Shown piece after piece: positions 38,025 to 47,404 of a stretch of DNA of 57,945 bases. How positions within the stretch are numbered: the stretch's first letter is position 1; each line of letters starts with the position of its first letter. The notes beneath the pieces were generated by a model, which saw nothing but the letters and a program-made list of their open reading frames with translations, was not told the DNA's origin and ran no database searches. The position numbers and the translations under genes are program-made. The stretch lies in IMG/VR virus record IMGVR_UViG_3300006128_000010. The stretch is one strand, 5' to 3'. This DNA comes from an uncultured virus (IMG/VR IMGVR_UViG_3300006128_000010) (taxonomy: Duplodnaviria > Heunggongvirae > Uroviricota > Caudoviricetes).

Positions 38025-38414
38025 TTACAAAGTTGACCCGGTTGCATTAGTAGATAATGGATCAGGTGCTACAACTGTTATGTTAGATACGCCATCTGGT
38101 ACTGCTACAGTACTGACTATCGAATCTATTTGTTGTTGAAGATACTCATTACATGTTGCTTCTATAGCAGCAGTATCTAATCCATTTACTATCCAACTGT
38201 TTACAATATCAGCTGTGATATCGCTTAGTTTGATAAAATTTTGTTGATCTGGCGGTGGCGCAAGCAAAATTCCAGATTCTTTACCATGTATGTCATAGCT
38301 AAAATCGGGATCTATCGCTATGCAAATCCATGCTATACCAGTAACAACATCCGGAGTATTATTAACATATCCCACTTTCATTGGACCCCAGGTCCAGTTA
38401 TATCCTACAGCCAT
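38025..38414 (-). CDS. Putative tail fibre-associated/assembly protein
   Basis: YNWTW..., VVTGIAW, NFIKLSDITADIVNSWI pattern typical of small fibre-adjacent phage proteins. GGAG SD and CTAAATA box. Confidence 0.55.
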   Translation of the reverse strand: MAVGYNWTWGPMKVGYVNNTPDVVTGIAWICIAIDPDFSYDIHGKESGILLAPPPDQQNFIKLSDITADIVNSWIVNGLDTAAIEATCNEYLQQQIDSIVSTVAVPDGVSNITVVAPDPLSTNATGSTL

Positions 38415-38467
38415 AAATTGACTCCATTATTGTGCTTGATATTTAGCAAGCACAATGTTAACACGCA

Positions 38468-38495
38468 TTGACAAATTTTGGTAAGATGCTATATT
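38468..38495 (+). promoter_or_regulatory. sigma70-type promoter for the porin operon
   Basis: TTGACA-N16-TATATT with TGC before the -10; ATG lies 7 nt downstream. Confidence 0.7.
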
Positions 38496-38502
38496 AAAAG
38501 TA

Positions 38503-39900
38503 ATGAAACTAAAAGCTGAAACTCGCAATTTTTACAGCAACAGTCTGGCACTGTTGTTTACATTTTGCTTGATTTCAACACCGTTACATGCTGAGCATAC
38601 AGAGGATCAACATGTTCCAATACCAATGATGCTAGATAAATCTAACCCACTTAATACGTTAACGTATACTTGGACAATGACTGATGTTACACAAGGATAT
38701 CCTGCATTCAATGATGATACTAAACCAAATAATATAAACCGCGGGCACGTGGTAAACGGAGTTAGGTCTAATTTATTCCTCGGAATGAATATCTGGGACG
38801 GTGCAACTGTTTTTGCTAATCCAGAAATTATGCAGGGATATAATATTTCTGATTACCTCAATGTTGAAAATTCAGTTAATGTTACAACACCAAAAATGAA
38901 AAGTTCTAGTCCATATCTTAGATTGCAACGATTATTTTTACAACAGGAAATCAATTTAGATAATGACAGATCTGAAGCACAGTTAGAAGGTGCTAGAAAT
39001 GTTGCACTTGAAAAACTACAAAATCAACTAACCGGTAAGGTAAGTAAGAATCGTCTGAGATTTACTATTGGTAAATTCTCTGTAGCAGATATTTTTGATG
39101 ACAACATTTATGCGCACGATCCCAGTAGACATTTTTTGAATTGGACATTCAATGGATTAGATAGTGTAGATTTTGCGTGGGACTTGTGGGGTTTTACATA
39201 CGGTGGTGCTTTAGAATGGACTAACGATTGGTGGACGGTCAGAGTGGGACTCTTTCAAGGATCGTTGCCCGGAAACAGTGTTAATGTTGATCCTAAGCCG
39301 CTTAATCAGTACCAGGCAATTGGAGAATTTGAAATCAGACATGATAAGTTTTTTGGACAACCGGGTAGTATTAAGTTTATAGGTTATCAAGATAATGGGT
39401 ATCTTAATAGTCTAGGAGATAATTTATACCAATACAAGGATACAGATGTTGTACCAACTATTGTTAAAAATGAATTACGACGAACCAAATTAGGAATGGG
39501 AATAAACATTCAACAGCAAATTGTAACAAATATTGGTTTTTTCTTACGTGCAGGTGTTGATAATAAAACTTTTGATTATAAGGACATTAATAAAAGCATA
39601 TCAGGTGGCTTTGTATTATCTGGCAAGTTATGGAATCGTCCTCTAGATGAGTTTGGTATAGGTGGCGGGTATGCTGGTATGAAAGGTGTCAGAGCTGTGC
39701 TACCAAATGGTACAATCGGAATAGAAGGTGACGGTAATAAAAATTACAGTGCAGAAAAGAATCTAGAGACTTATTATAGAATAGGTATTAATGATCATGT
39801 AGATTTATCATTTGACTATCAATTGGTAGCAAATCCAAATCTAAGTAAAAATCGAGGGCCTGCTAATATATTTGGTATTAGATTAAGGACTAACTTTTAA
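38503..39900 (+). CDS. OprB-family carbohydrate/Mn2+ (MnoP-like) outer-membrane porin 1
   Basis: Signal peptide ending PLHA; QGYPAF, NPEIMQG, RLFLQQ, GKFSVADIFDDNIYAHDP, ETYY, DYQLVANP..NRGP, C-terminal F. Confidence 0.88.
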   Translation: MKLKAETRNFYSNSLALLFTFCLISTPLHAEHTEDQHVPIPMMLDKSNPLNTLTYTWTMTDVTQGYPAFNDDTKPNNINRGHVVNGVRSNLFLGMNIWDGATVFANPEIMQGYNISDYLNVENSVNVTTPKMKSSSPYLRLQRLFLQQEINLDNDRSEAQLEGARNVALEKLQNQLTGKVSKNRLRFTIGKFSVADIFDDNIYAHDPSRHFLNWTFNGLDSVDFAWDLWGFTYGGALEWTNDWWTVRVGLFQGSLPGNSVNVDPKPLNQYQAIGEFEIRHDKFFGQPGSIKFIGYQDNGYLNSLGDNLYQYKDTDVVPTIVKNELRRTKLGMGINIQQQIVTNIGFFLRAGVDNKTFDYKDINKSISGGFVLSGKLWNRPLDEFGIGGGYAGMKGVRAVLPNGTIGIEGDGNKNYSAEKNLETYYRIGINDHVDLSFDYQLVANPNLSKNRGPANIFGIRLRTNF

Positions 39901-41276
39901 TGTTACGATCACGTTCGATTGCTGTTGGACTTTTATTAAGTTTAAAAGTTGTATCAGCATCAGCAGATGACGTTACTAGTCAACCTTTGATCAATAGTGA
40001 CGAAAATTACAGATGGAGTGTTCACGGTCAGGCTGTGCAATTTGTACAAGGATATCCGCGTTTTCCAGCACTATATGATGGACAAAACAGTTTACCATCT
40101 TACGGTGAAGCTAGATTTACATCTATGAACAACTTGTTTGTGGGTGTTAAACTATGGGAGGGTGCAGAAGTTTTTGCAAATCCTGCACTGCAATCGGGTT
40201 ATGGCATAGGTGGTACTTCAAATGGTGCTGCTGGTTATCCAAATGGTATTGTCGGACAAGGTGCCAGTACGCCATATGTAGAGCTTCAGCGTCTATACTT
40301 TAAACAAACTATCAACTTGGGCGGCGATTATGTTTACGATCCCAAGACTGGTGCACGAAGCCAAGTGCTTGCATCAACTGAGAATCAATTGAGAGGTAAG
40401 GTTAGCAAAGATCGTATTGTCTTTACCGTTGGTAAGTTTAATGTAGGCGATATTTTTAATGACAATATCTATGCACACGATCCCACACAAGGGTTTATAA
40501 ATCTATCCTTTAACAGTATCGGATCGTTTAACTATGCACAAGATCAATGGGGTTATACATGGGGTGCGGCTGCAGAATTCAAGAAGGGTAACAACATCTT
40601 CAGAGCTGGTGTGTTCGAATTGCCACAATACCCGGGAGCTATGAACTTTGATCGACAGATCTTCAATCAATGGGGTGCTGTTATGGAGTTTGAACATCGC
40701 TACGAAATACTTGGTCAACGAGGTTCTTTAAAACTCTTAGCGTATGAGAATTGGGGCAAATACGCTGTATTAGATCAATTATTAGCATATGAAAATTTCA
40801 ATGGCAATAGTCCTCCTGCACAGTCAGATCTAAGAACCAGAACAAACAAAATGGGTGTAGGGTTCAATTGGCAACAACAAATAATACCAAACCTCGGCAT
40901 GTTTGTACGTGCAGGTATGAGCGATGGTAGAATAGAAACTATTGCTAATACTGACATTGATCGTTCTTGGGCTATGGGTTTTGTAGCAGCAGGTCAGGCA
41001 TGGAATAGACCGTTTGATGAGTTTGGTATTGCAGGATCAATTAACGCTATCAACGGACCTCAGATTAGATTCTTATCAGCAGGTGGTACAGGATTGAATA
41101 TAGGTGACGGTGCATTAAACTATGGTCCTGAAAAAGATCTAGAAGCCTACTACAAGTTAGGATTTAACAAAAACTTAGATGTTACGTTTGATTATCAAAG
41201 ACTTATGAACCCCGGTTATAACAAAGACCGAGGTCCAGTAAATGTGTTCGGGATTAGACTAAATGCACATTTTTAA
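39900..41276 (+). CDS. OprB-family carbohydrate/Mn2+ (MnoP-like) outer-membrane porin 2
   Basis: Signal peptide ending ASA; WSVHGQ..QGYPRF, RLYFKQT, GKFNVGDIFNDNIYAHDP, GDGALNYGPE, NPGYNKDRGP, C-terminal F. Confidence 0.92.
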   Translation: MLRSRSIAVGLLLSLKVVSASADDVTSQPLINSDENYRWSVHGQAVQFVQGYPRFPALYDGQNSLPSYGEARFTSMNNLFVGVKLWEGAEVFANPALQSGYGIGGTSNGAAGYPNGIVGQGASTPYVELQRLYFKQTINLGGDYVYDPKTGARSQVLASTENQLRGKVSKDRIVFTVGKFNVGDIFNDNIYAHDPTQGFINLSFNSIGSFNYAQDQWGYTWGAAAEFKKGNNIFRAGVFELPQYPGAMNFDRQIFNQWGAVMEFEHRYEILGQRGSLKLLAYENWGKYAVLDQLLAYENFNGNSPPAQSDLRTRTNKMGVGFNWQQQIIPNLGMFVRAGMSDGRIETIANTDIDRSWAMGFVAAGQAWNRPFDEFGIAGSINAINGPQIRFLSAGGTGLNIGDGALNYGPEKDLEAYYKLGFNKNLDVTFDYQRLMNPGYNKDRGPVNVFGIRLNAHF

Positions 41277-42229
41277 CTAATTCTAGCTAATGCAGCTTTA
41301 GTTAATTCAGCTACTCTATCTGAAATTTCTGGAACATTATTAGCAACATCTATTGTTGACTGGTCCTTGAACTCATCACAGATAAGAACTATATCAATTC
41401 CAGCAGCAATAGCTTTCTGGGCACGTTCAGCATAAGTACCACTTAATGCCTCCATAGTCAAATCATCTGTCATTAATATACCTTTAAATCCGATATGTTC
41501 TCTGATTACTTCATTTACAACTTTTGCTGATTGCGATGCAGGCTCAGTTGAATCAATTGCAGAATATACAATATGAGCTACCATGCCCATTGGTAAATCT
41601 GCGTTCAATTTGAATGGTAGGAAATCTGTACTCTTTAAAACGTCAATAGACTCTGTTACAGTAGGTAGTGCTAAATGACTATTTACAGTAGCTCTACCAT
41701 GTCCTGGCATGTGTTTAATAACTGGCAAAGCTCCTCCCTGCATTAATCCAAATGCAGCAGCTCTTGCTAGTATAGCAACCTGAGCAGTATCTTCAGAATA
41801 TGCTCTATCACCTATTACATCATTTGCACCTGGTACCGGAACATCCATATCAGGAAAACAATCTACATTTATTCCCACTTCTTTTAATTCAGTAGCTATA
41901 TCTTGTGCACCATTCATTACTTCTAGTAATGTTTCATTAGTTACCAAATGATTGGGTGCAGCATCTATATATGATCTTGCAGCAGGGTGTACTTTCCAAG
42001 CTGGCGGTTTAAGTCGTTGAATACGACCGCCTTCTTGATCAACAAGAATCATAGTGTCATTACCGAGAACACTCTTAATATCGTTAATAAGTGTAGTTAG
42101 TTGCTCTTTGGTCCTAGCACTATAACCAAAGATAATTATACCCCACGGTTGGTGCTCAGTTAGAAACTTCTTTTCATCGTCTCCTAATGTAGAACTGTGT
42201 AATGCACATATAAATGCTTTCTTAGCCAT
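41273..42229 (-). CDS. nagZ: GH3 beta-N-acetylhexosaminidase
   Basis: VDQEGGRIQRL, IGDRAY, KHMPGHG..NSH, MTDDLTM. AAGGAG SD before ATG 42229. Confidence 0.92.
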   Translation of the reverse strand: MAKKAFICALHSSTLGDDEKKFLTEHQPWGIIIFGYSARTKEQLTTLINDIKSVLGNDTMILVDQEGGRIQRLKPPAWKVHPAARSYIDAAPNHLVTNETLLEVMNGAQDIATELKEVGINVDCFPDMDVPVPGANDVIGDRAYSEDTAQVAILARAAAFGLMQGGALPVIKHMPGHGRATVNSHLALPTVTESIDVLKSTDFLPFKLNADLPMGMVAHIVYSAIDSTEPASQSAKVVNEVIREHIGFKGILMTDDLTMEALSGTYAERAQKAIAAGIDIVLICDEFKDQSTIDVANNVPEISDRVAELTKAALARIS

Positions 42230-42246
42230 AACCATTCTCCTTTACA

Positions 42247-44385
42247 TTATTTACGCAAGGATTCGGGTGCTTTAAATCTATATCCATACTTTGCTTCAAA
42301 ACTGTCACATAGTTCAACAAATGCGTGTTTACCCATTTGATTAATGTATGAGATTGTTCCTCCAGTGAAAGGCGGGAACCCAAATCCAAAGATAGAACCA
42401 ACATCTGCTTCTTGCTCGGTAATGATTCCTTCTTCAATAGTTCTAGCTGCTTCAACTGCTTGAACAACAAGAAATCTCTGTTTAAGTTCTTCAACATTAA
42501 TAGTATCTGGATCAACTACAGTTTTAAATATGTCTGTAATTCCGGTCCATAGTGATTTCTTACCGTCTGCAGAATAGTCGTAGAACCCCCGACCGTTTTT
42601 ACGACCCAAGCGCTCGTTAGTTTCAACCATACAATGTAAAAGGCATTCTTGTACCGGATCTACTGCATCATTGCCCAGATCCTTCTTAGTTGCTTGAAGT
42701 ATTTTCCAACCTAAGTCGAGTCCAACTTCGTCGTTAAGTGCTAGCGGACCAACTGGCATACCTGCCATTTTAGCACAGTTTTCAATCATTGCAGCAGGTA
42801 TCCCTTCCGCAAGCATAAGATGTCCTTCACGCACATAATTCAGTACACAACGATTAGCGTAGAATCCACGAGTGTCATTAACTACGATGGGAGTCTTCTT
42901 AATGATACGCACAAAGTCTAGTGCAGTAGCAAGTGCAAGATCACCTGTTTTTTTGCCCTTGATAACTTCAACTAACTGCATCTTATCAACAGGGGAGAAG
43001 AAGTGTATGCCAACAAACTTGCCAGGATCAAGTGAGTTTTCAGCAAGACTGGTAATAGGAAGTGTAGAAGTATTTGATGCAAATATAACCTCAGAACCAA
43101 TTACCGCTTGAACATTTTTGATAACAGTTGCTTTAACATCACGATCTTCAAAAACTGCTTCAACAACAAGATCAACTCCTTGTAACGTAGAGTAGTCTGC
43201 TGTTGCTGTAATTTTAGCAAGCAATGCATCTTTAGCTTCTACAGTAGTACGCTTTTTAGAAACCAATCCAGATACTAACTTGTCTACTGATGCTTTACCT
43301 GCATCAGCACGTTCTTGTGTGCTGTCAACTAGTACAACTTCTAATCCGTTCTGTGCAGATACATAAGCAATACCTGCACCCATTAACCCTGCACCAATAA
43401 CAGCAATCTTATTAAGGGTAACAGGCGGAATATCAGCTGGTCTACGAGCACCTTTGTCTAACTCATTCTTGGATAGAAACAGTGAGCGTATCATTGCTTC
43501 TGCTTCTTTTGAACGAACAATATTAGCAAATAATCTCGACTCGACCATTAAGCCTTTATCTATTGGCAGTTGAAGTCCTTCAAATACTGCTGTGAGAATT
43601 GCTCTTGCTCCGAGATAGTTATTGTATGTTTCACGTCTATAGATAGCATTAGCTGCCGGCCAAATCATCATACCTTTAGGAGAAAATACCTTACCCGACG
43701 GGTTCTTAAAGTCTTTCTTATCCCAGGGAGCAACTGGATCTCCCTGATCCTCAACCCACTGTTTAGCAAGTTCTACAGGATCAATTTCAGCACAAATCTC
43801 ATGTACGAGATTTGATTTCAATGCTTTTACTGCATCCATTGGATTACCTTTCAGCATGAATTGAAGTGCTTGTTCAGTTTCAAGTAATCTTGCCACACGC
43901 TGCGTACCACCTGCACCTGGGAATATACCCACTTTAACTTCGGGTAATCCAATCTTAGCGTTCGAATCCATAACACGATGATGACATGCAAGTGCCAATT
44001 CAAATGATCCACCAAAGCAGTAACCGTGTATTGCACAAGCAAATGATTTTCCACAAGTTTCTAGCTTTCGTAGTAATCTCGACAACTTGCTAGAATTGTT
44101 GAGGAACCATACGTTAGCTTGTTCTTCTCCCTGTTCTGCAACGGTTTTCTCATACAGTCTTTTGCTTTCCTCAAGCAAAGACAAATCTGCACCAGGGGAG
44201 AACGCTGCTTTCTTAGATGCTATAACACATCCTTTAATGCTTTCATCGACTACTACTTGATTAATAATTTGATCAAGTTCATCCATTACACTATCATTAA
44301 TTACGTTAACGGAGCGATCGGGCATGTTCCAATATGCAACTAAAACATGTTTATCAAACTCAATTTCAAAGTTTACTAAATTCAT
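42247..44385 (-). CDS. fadJ: Fatty-acid oxidation multifunctional enzyme (enoyl-CoA hydratase plus 3-hydroxyacyl-CoA dehydrogenase)
   Basis: GGSFELALACH, GLPEVKVGIFPGAGGTQR, GAGLMGAG, EAVFE, SNTSTLPI, HFFSPVDKM. Confidence 0.93.
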   Translation of the reverse strand: MNLVNFEIEFDKHVLVAYWNMPDRSVNVINDSVMDELDQIINQVVVDESIKGCVIASKKAAFSPGADLSLLEESKRLYEKTVAEQGEEQANVWFLNNSSKLSRLLRKLETCGKSFACAIHGYCFGGSFELALACHHRVMDSNAKIGLPEVKVGIFPGAGGTQRVARLLETEQALQFMLKGNPMDAVKALKSNLVHEICAEIDPVELAKQWVEDQGDPVAPWDKKDFKNPSGKVFSPKGMMIWPAANAIYRRETYNNYLGARAILTAVFEGLQLPIDKGLMVESRLFANIVRSKEAEAMIRSLFLSKNELDKGARRPADIPPVTLNKIAVIGAGLMGAGIAYVSAQNGLEVVLVDSTQERADAGKASVDKLVSGLVSKKRTTVEAKDALLAKITATADYSTLQGVDLVVEAVFEDRDVKATVIKNVQAVIGSEVIFASNTSTLPITSLAENSLDPGKFVGIHFFSPVDKMQLVEVIKGKKTGDLALATALDFVRIIKKTPIVVNDTRGFYANRCVLNYVREGHLMLAEGIPAAMIENCAKMAGMPVGPLALNDEVGLDLGWKILQATKKDLGNDAVDPVQECLLHCMVETNERLGRKNGRGFYDYSADGKKSLWTGITDIFKTVVDPDTINVEELKQRFLVVQAVEAARTIEEGIITEQEADVGSIFGFGFPPFTGGTISYINQMGKHAFVELCDSFEAKYGYRFKAPESLRK

Positions 44386-44398
44386 CACTAGCTCCCCA

Positions 44399-45604
44399 TT
44401 AAACTCGTTCAATAATTGTAGCAGTACCCATACCTGCACCAATACACAGTGTTACAAGTGCAGTACTTTTATTTGTTCTTTCAAGTTCATCAACAGCATG
44501 ACCGACTAGCATTGCACCTGTTGCTCCTAGTGGATGTCCCATAGCAATAGCTCCGCCATTTGGATTAACTCTAGCAGGATCAAGATCAAATGCTTGCAAG
44601 TATCGCAACACAACCGCAGCAAATGCTTCATTGACTTCAAACAAATCAATGTCTGCAATATTCATTTTTAGTCTTGCCAACAGTTTATTGGTTACATCAA
44701 CTGGACCTGTAAGCATTATTGCAGGTTCTGATCCAATATTTTGAAAACCAACTATACGTGCTCGTGGTTTAAGTCCCAGTCGTTTACCTGCTTCTCTTGT
44801 ACCAAGTAATACAGCACCCGACCCGTCAACTATACCTGAACTATTACCAGCATGATGCACATAGTCCAGTTTTTCAATAGCTGGATATGCTTGAGTCGCT
44901 ACTGCATCAAATCCGCCCATTTCTCCATACATTTTAAATGATGGCTTTAATGCACCCATTGATTCCAATGTTGCATTTGGTCTCATATGCTCATCGTTAT
45001 CAAGTATTGTTACACCGTTCAAATCTCGAACAGGCACCACTGAATTACTAAATCTACCTTCTGCCCAGGCTGCGGCAGCACGACGCTGTGATTCAACAGC
45101 ATATGCATCTACGTCACTACGAGCAAATCCGTATTTGGTTGCAATCAAGTCTGCACTAACACCTTGTGGCATAAAGTAAGAGGGTATTGCTATAAATGGA
45201 TCTGCAGGCCAAGCACCACCACTTGCACCTAGTCCAACACGAGACATTGACTCAACACCGCCGCCAATTGTCAATTCATCTTGTCCACACATGATCTTAG
45301 CGGCTGCTAGGTTAACTGCATCTAGTCCTGATGCACAGAAACGATTAATTTGAACTCCAGGGACATCATTACCATATCCAGCAGCAATTGTACCTGCTCT
45401 TGCTATATCACCGCCGGCTTCCCCAACAGGATCAACGCAGCCAATAACACAATCATCAACTTCTGGTCCTGTGATATTGTTTCGATTTTTGATACTCTCA
45501 AGAACGGTTGTAAGTAATCGTAAAGTTGATACTTCATGTAATGCACCGTCGGGCTTACCTTTGCCTCGCGGTGTTCTTACTGTGTCATAGATATAGCAAT
45601 CCAT
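44399..45604 (-). CDS. fadA: Acetyl-CoA C-acyltransferase (3-ketoacyl-CoA thiolase)
   Basis: RTPRG, NRFCASG, NEAFA, GGAIAMGHPLGATG, CIGAGMG. Confidence 0.95.
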   Translation of the reverse strand: MDCYIYDTVRTPRGKGKPDGALHEVSTLRLLTTVLESIKNRNNITGPEVDDCVIGCVDPVGEAGGDIARAGTIAAGYGNDVPGVQINRFCASGLDAVNLAAAKIMCGQDELTIGGGVESMSRVGLGASGGAWPADPFIAIPSYFMPQGVSADLIATKYGFARSDVDAYAVESQRRAAAAWAEGRFSNSVVPVRDLNGVTILDNDEHMRPNATLESMGALKPSFKMYGEMGGFDAVATQAYPAIEKLDYVHHAGNSSGIVDGSGAVLLGTREAGKRLGLKPRARIVGFQNIGSEPAIMLTGPVDVTNKLLARLKMNIADIDLFEVNEAFAAVVLRYLQAFDLDPARVNPNGGAIAMGHPLGATGAMLVGHAVDELERTNKSTALVTLCIGAGMGTATIIERV

Positions 45605-45676
45605 TACTTATCCCCTATTCTGTTGTATAATGATACTATGTATTAGGAGAAGAGTTCAATAAATCTTCAATACTAC

Positions 45677-47242
45677 TTAAATTTTTATAACCCACTTCTT
45701 TTTTCCTACGTCCCATAACCGATCATAACCTAAATTCTGTGCCAATTCCCATTCTGTTATTGTGTTGATAATTTTAGGATCTAACTTATGTCTTTTAATA
45801 AGTTTATGTTTCATACACTGTTGTCTATTAATACGAGTTTCATAATCATACGTATAACAATATCCGGGAGTTGATTCATTTACAAATGTAAATCCGCTAT
45901 TATAATATAACCGTCCATTACTAATTCTATTATCACTTAAACTTACAATATGTCCCGAAAATTTAAATTCATTAATTGACTTTTTTAACATTTTAGAAAA
46001 TAGTCCGGAGGCTACTGCATCTATTTTAGTAGCATATCTAATCAGTTCTAGTCGTTTCATTTGAGTAGAAAATGACATCACCCCAACCAATTCTTCATTA
46101 TACCATGCTCCTAAACTCCATTGACGATAATCTGCAAAACCCTGTATATGATTTTTATTCATAAAATCGCGTTCAATTACACTATCTGTGAGTACCATTA
46201 ACTTGCATTTTCTAGCAGGTATTTTATTTTGAATAATATTAGCAAGATATAAAATTTTACTTCGAATTACATTATTATGTTTCCAATATTCATCTTGCCA
46301 AAATTGTAAAAGTTGTATATTTTTTATCTGACATCCTAGATATTTTTGATGATGATAACGTTTGTCTTTTTTACCGCTTATCTCTGAATGATAATATAAT
46401 CCGTGTAATTCTACAGCTAAATTCCATTGCGGAAAATAAAAGTCAAGTTCTAATTGATTTGATAAGATCTTACGATTTCTTCTTTGATATTCAATATTCA
46501 TACTATCTAACCATAATGCTAAATCATTTTCCATTGCACTTGGTGGTTTATAATCCATAGTATCTATTAAATTTAACTTATATGCCCTTCTCATAATAGT
46601 TGAATGATTTAGTCCAGTCTCGTTAGCAACTGTTACAGCACTTTTACCTTTAACAATAGATGCAAATTTATTATCATTTATAAGAATATCGAGTTGAGTA
46701 TCTGTACAATTTTTTCTTCCTGGATTATTTCTACCTAATCCATATTTTTCTTCAAATGTTTTCTGTAATTTCTTTTTGTTTTCTTCTAAGAACATAGGAT
46801 TATTAATTATCATACTCTCTCTATGAGATTTGATTTGTCCCGGATTTATAACATCCTCACCATATTTTTCTTGAAGTTTACCTTTAGCTTTTAGGTAAGT
46901 TTTTGGATTAGCTAATCCAACTCCGCCATTGAGTTTCATTGCAGCAACACGTCTTTCTAATGCAGCTTCTTTAGAATATATACAACTTCTGCTACAAAAT
47001 TCTCTATATCCTAACACAATAGATACAAATGTTACAGGTTGACCACACTTACATTGAGGTTTCGATTTTAATTGCTCAGCATAAAAATATATTTGTTCGG
47101 ACTTGTTTTGAAATTGAAAATTCTTAGTATATTCTAATATTATAGGCCATAATTCAGAATTATGTCTCAATTTGGTAACAATGCCGTCTGGCTTAGAAAT
47201 TTTAATAAGATCTTTTACTTTGTCTAAAATTGTATCTTGCAT
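45677..47242 (-). mobile_element. Free-standing homing endonuclease (Zn-ribbon, Hef/Vsr-like nuclease, GNAT/Mom-like domain)
   Basis: CKCG...FCSRSC, ELDFYFP..AVELHGLYYHS, QFWQDEY, SDNR.SNG.LY, RLWDVG. Confidence 0.8.
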
Positions 47243-47334
47243 ATATTATATATATAAGGTTAAGGTGTAATTGTCAATTATAATAAAAATTAACTAGATT
47301 AATTAGAACAACAAGGCTTTGATCTATTTTAGAC

Positions 47335-47365
47335 AAAATAAAACTGGGAGCTATTGCTCCCAGTT
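47335..47365 (-). terminator. Rho-independent terminator after the major capsid gene
   Basis: AACTGGGAGC-loop-GCTCCCAGTT followed by a T-rich tract on the minus strand. Confidence 0.85.
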
Positions 47366-47404
47366 CTACAAAATTTATACAAAAACTCTTGTAAAAACAA
47401 TATT

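Noticed and set aside
19010..45604. Interpretation as bacterial chromosome flanking a prophage
   Set aside because: Metabolic genes are interleaved with virion genes on both sides, share AT-rich codon usage and phage late boxes, and no integrase or att site is seen.
47243..47404. Possible ncRNA or tRNA in the intergenic gap after the capsid gene
   Set aside because: Explained by a terminator and a weak TTGACA promoter; no cloverleaf or recognisable RNA motif.
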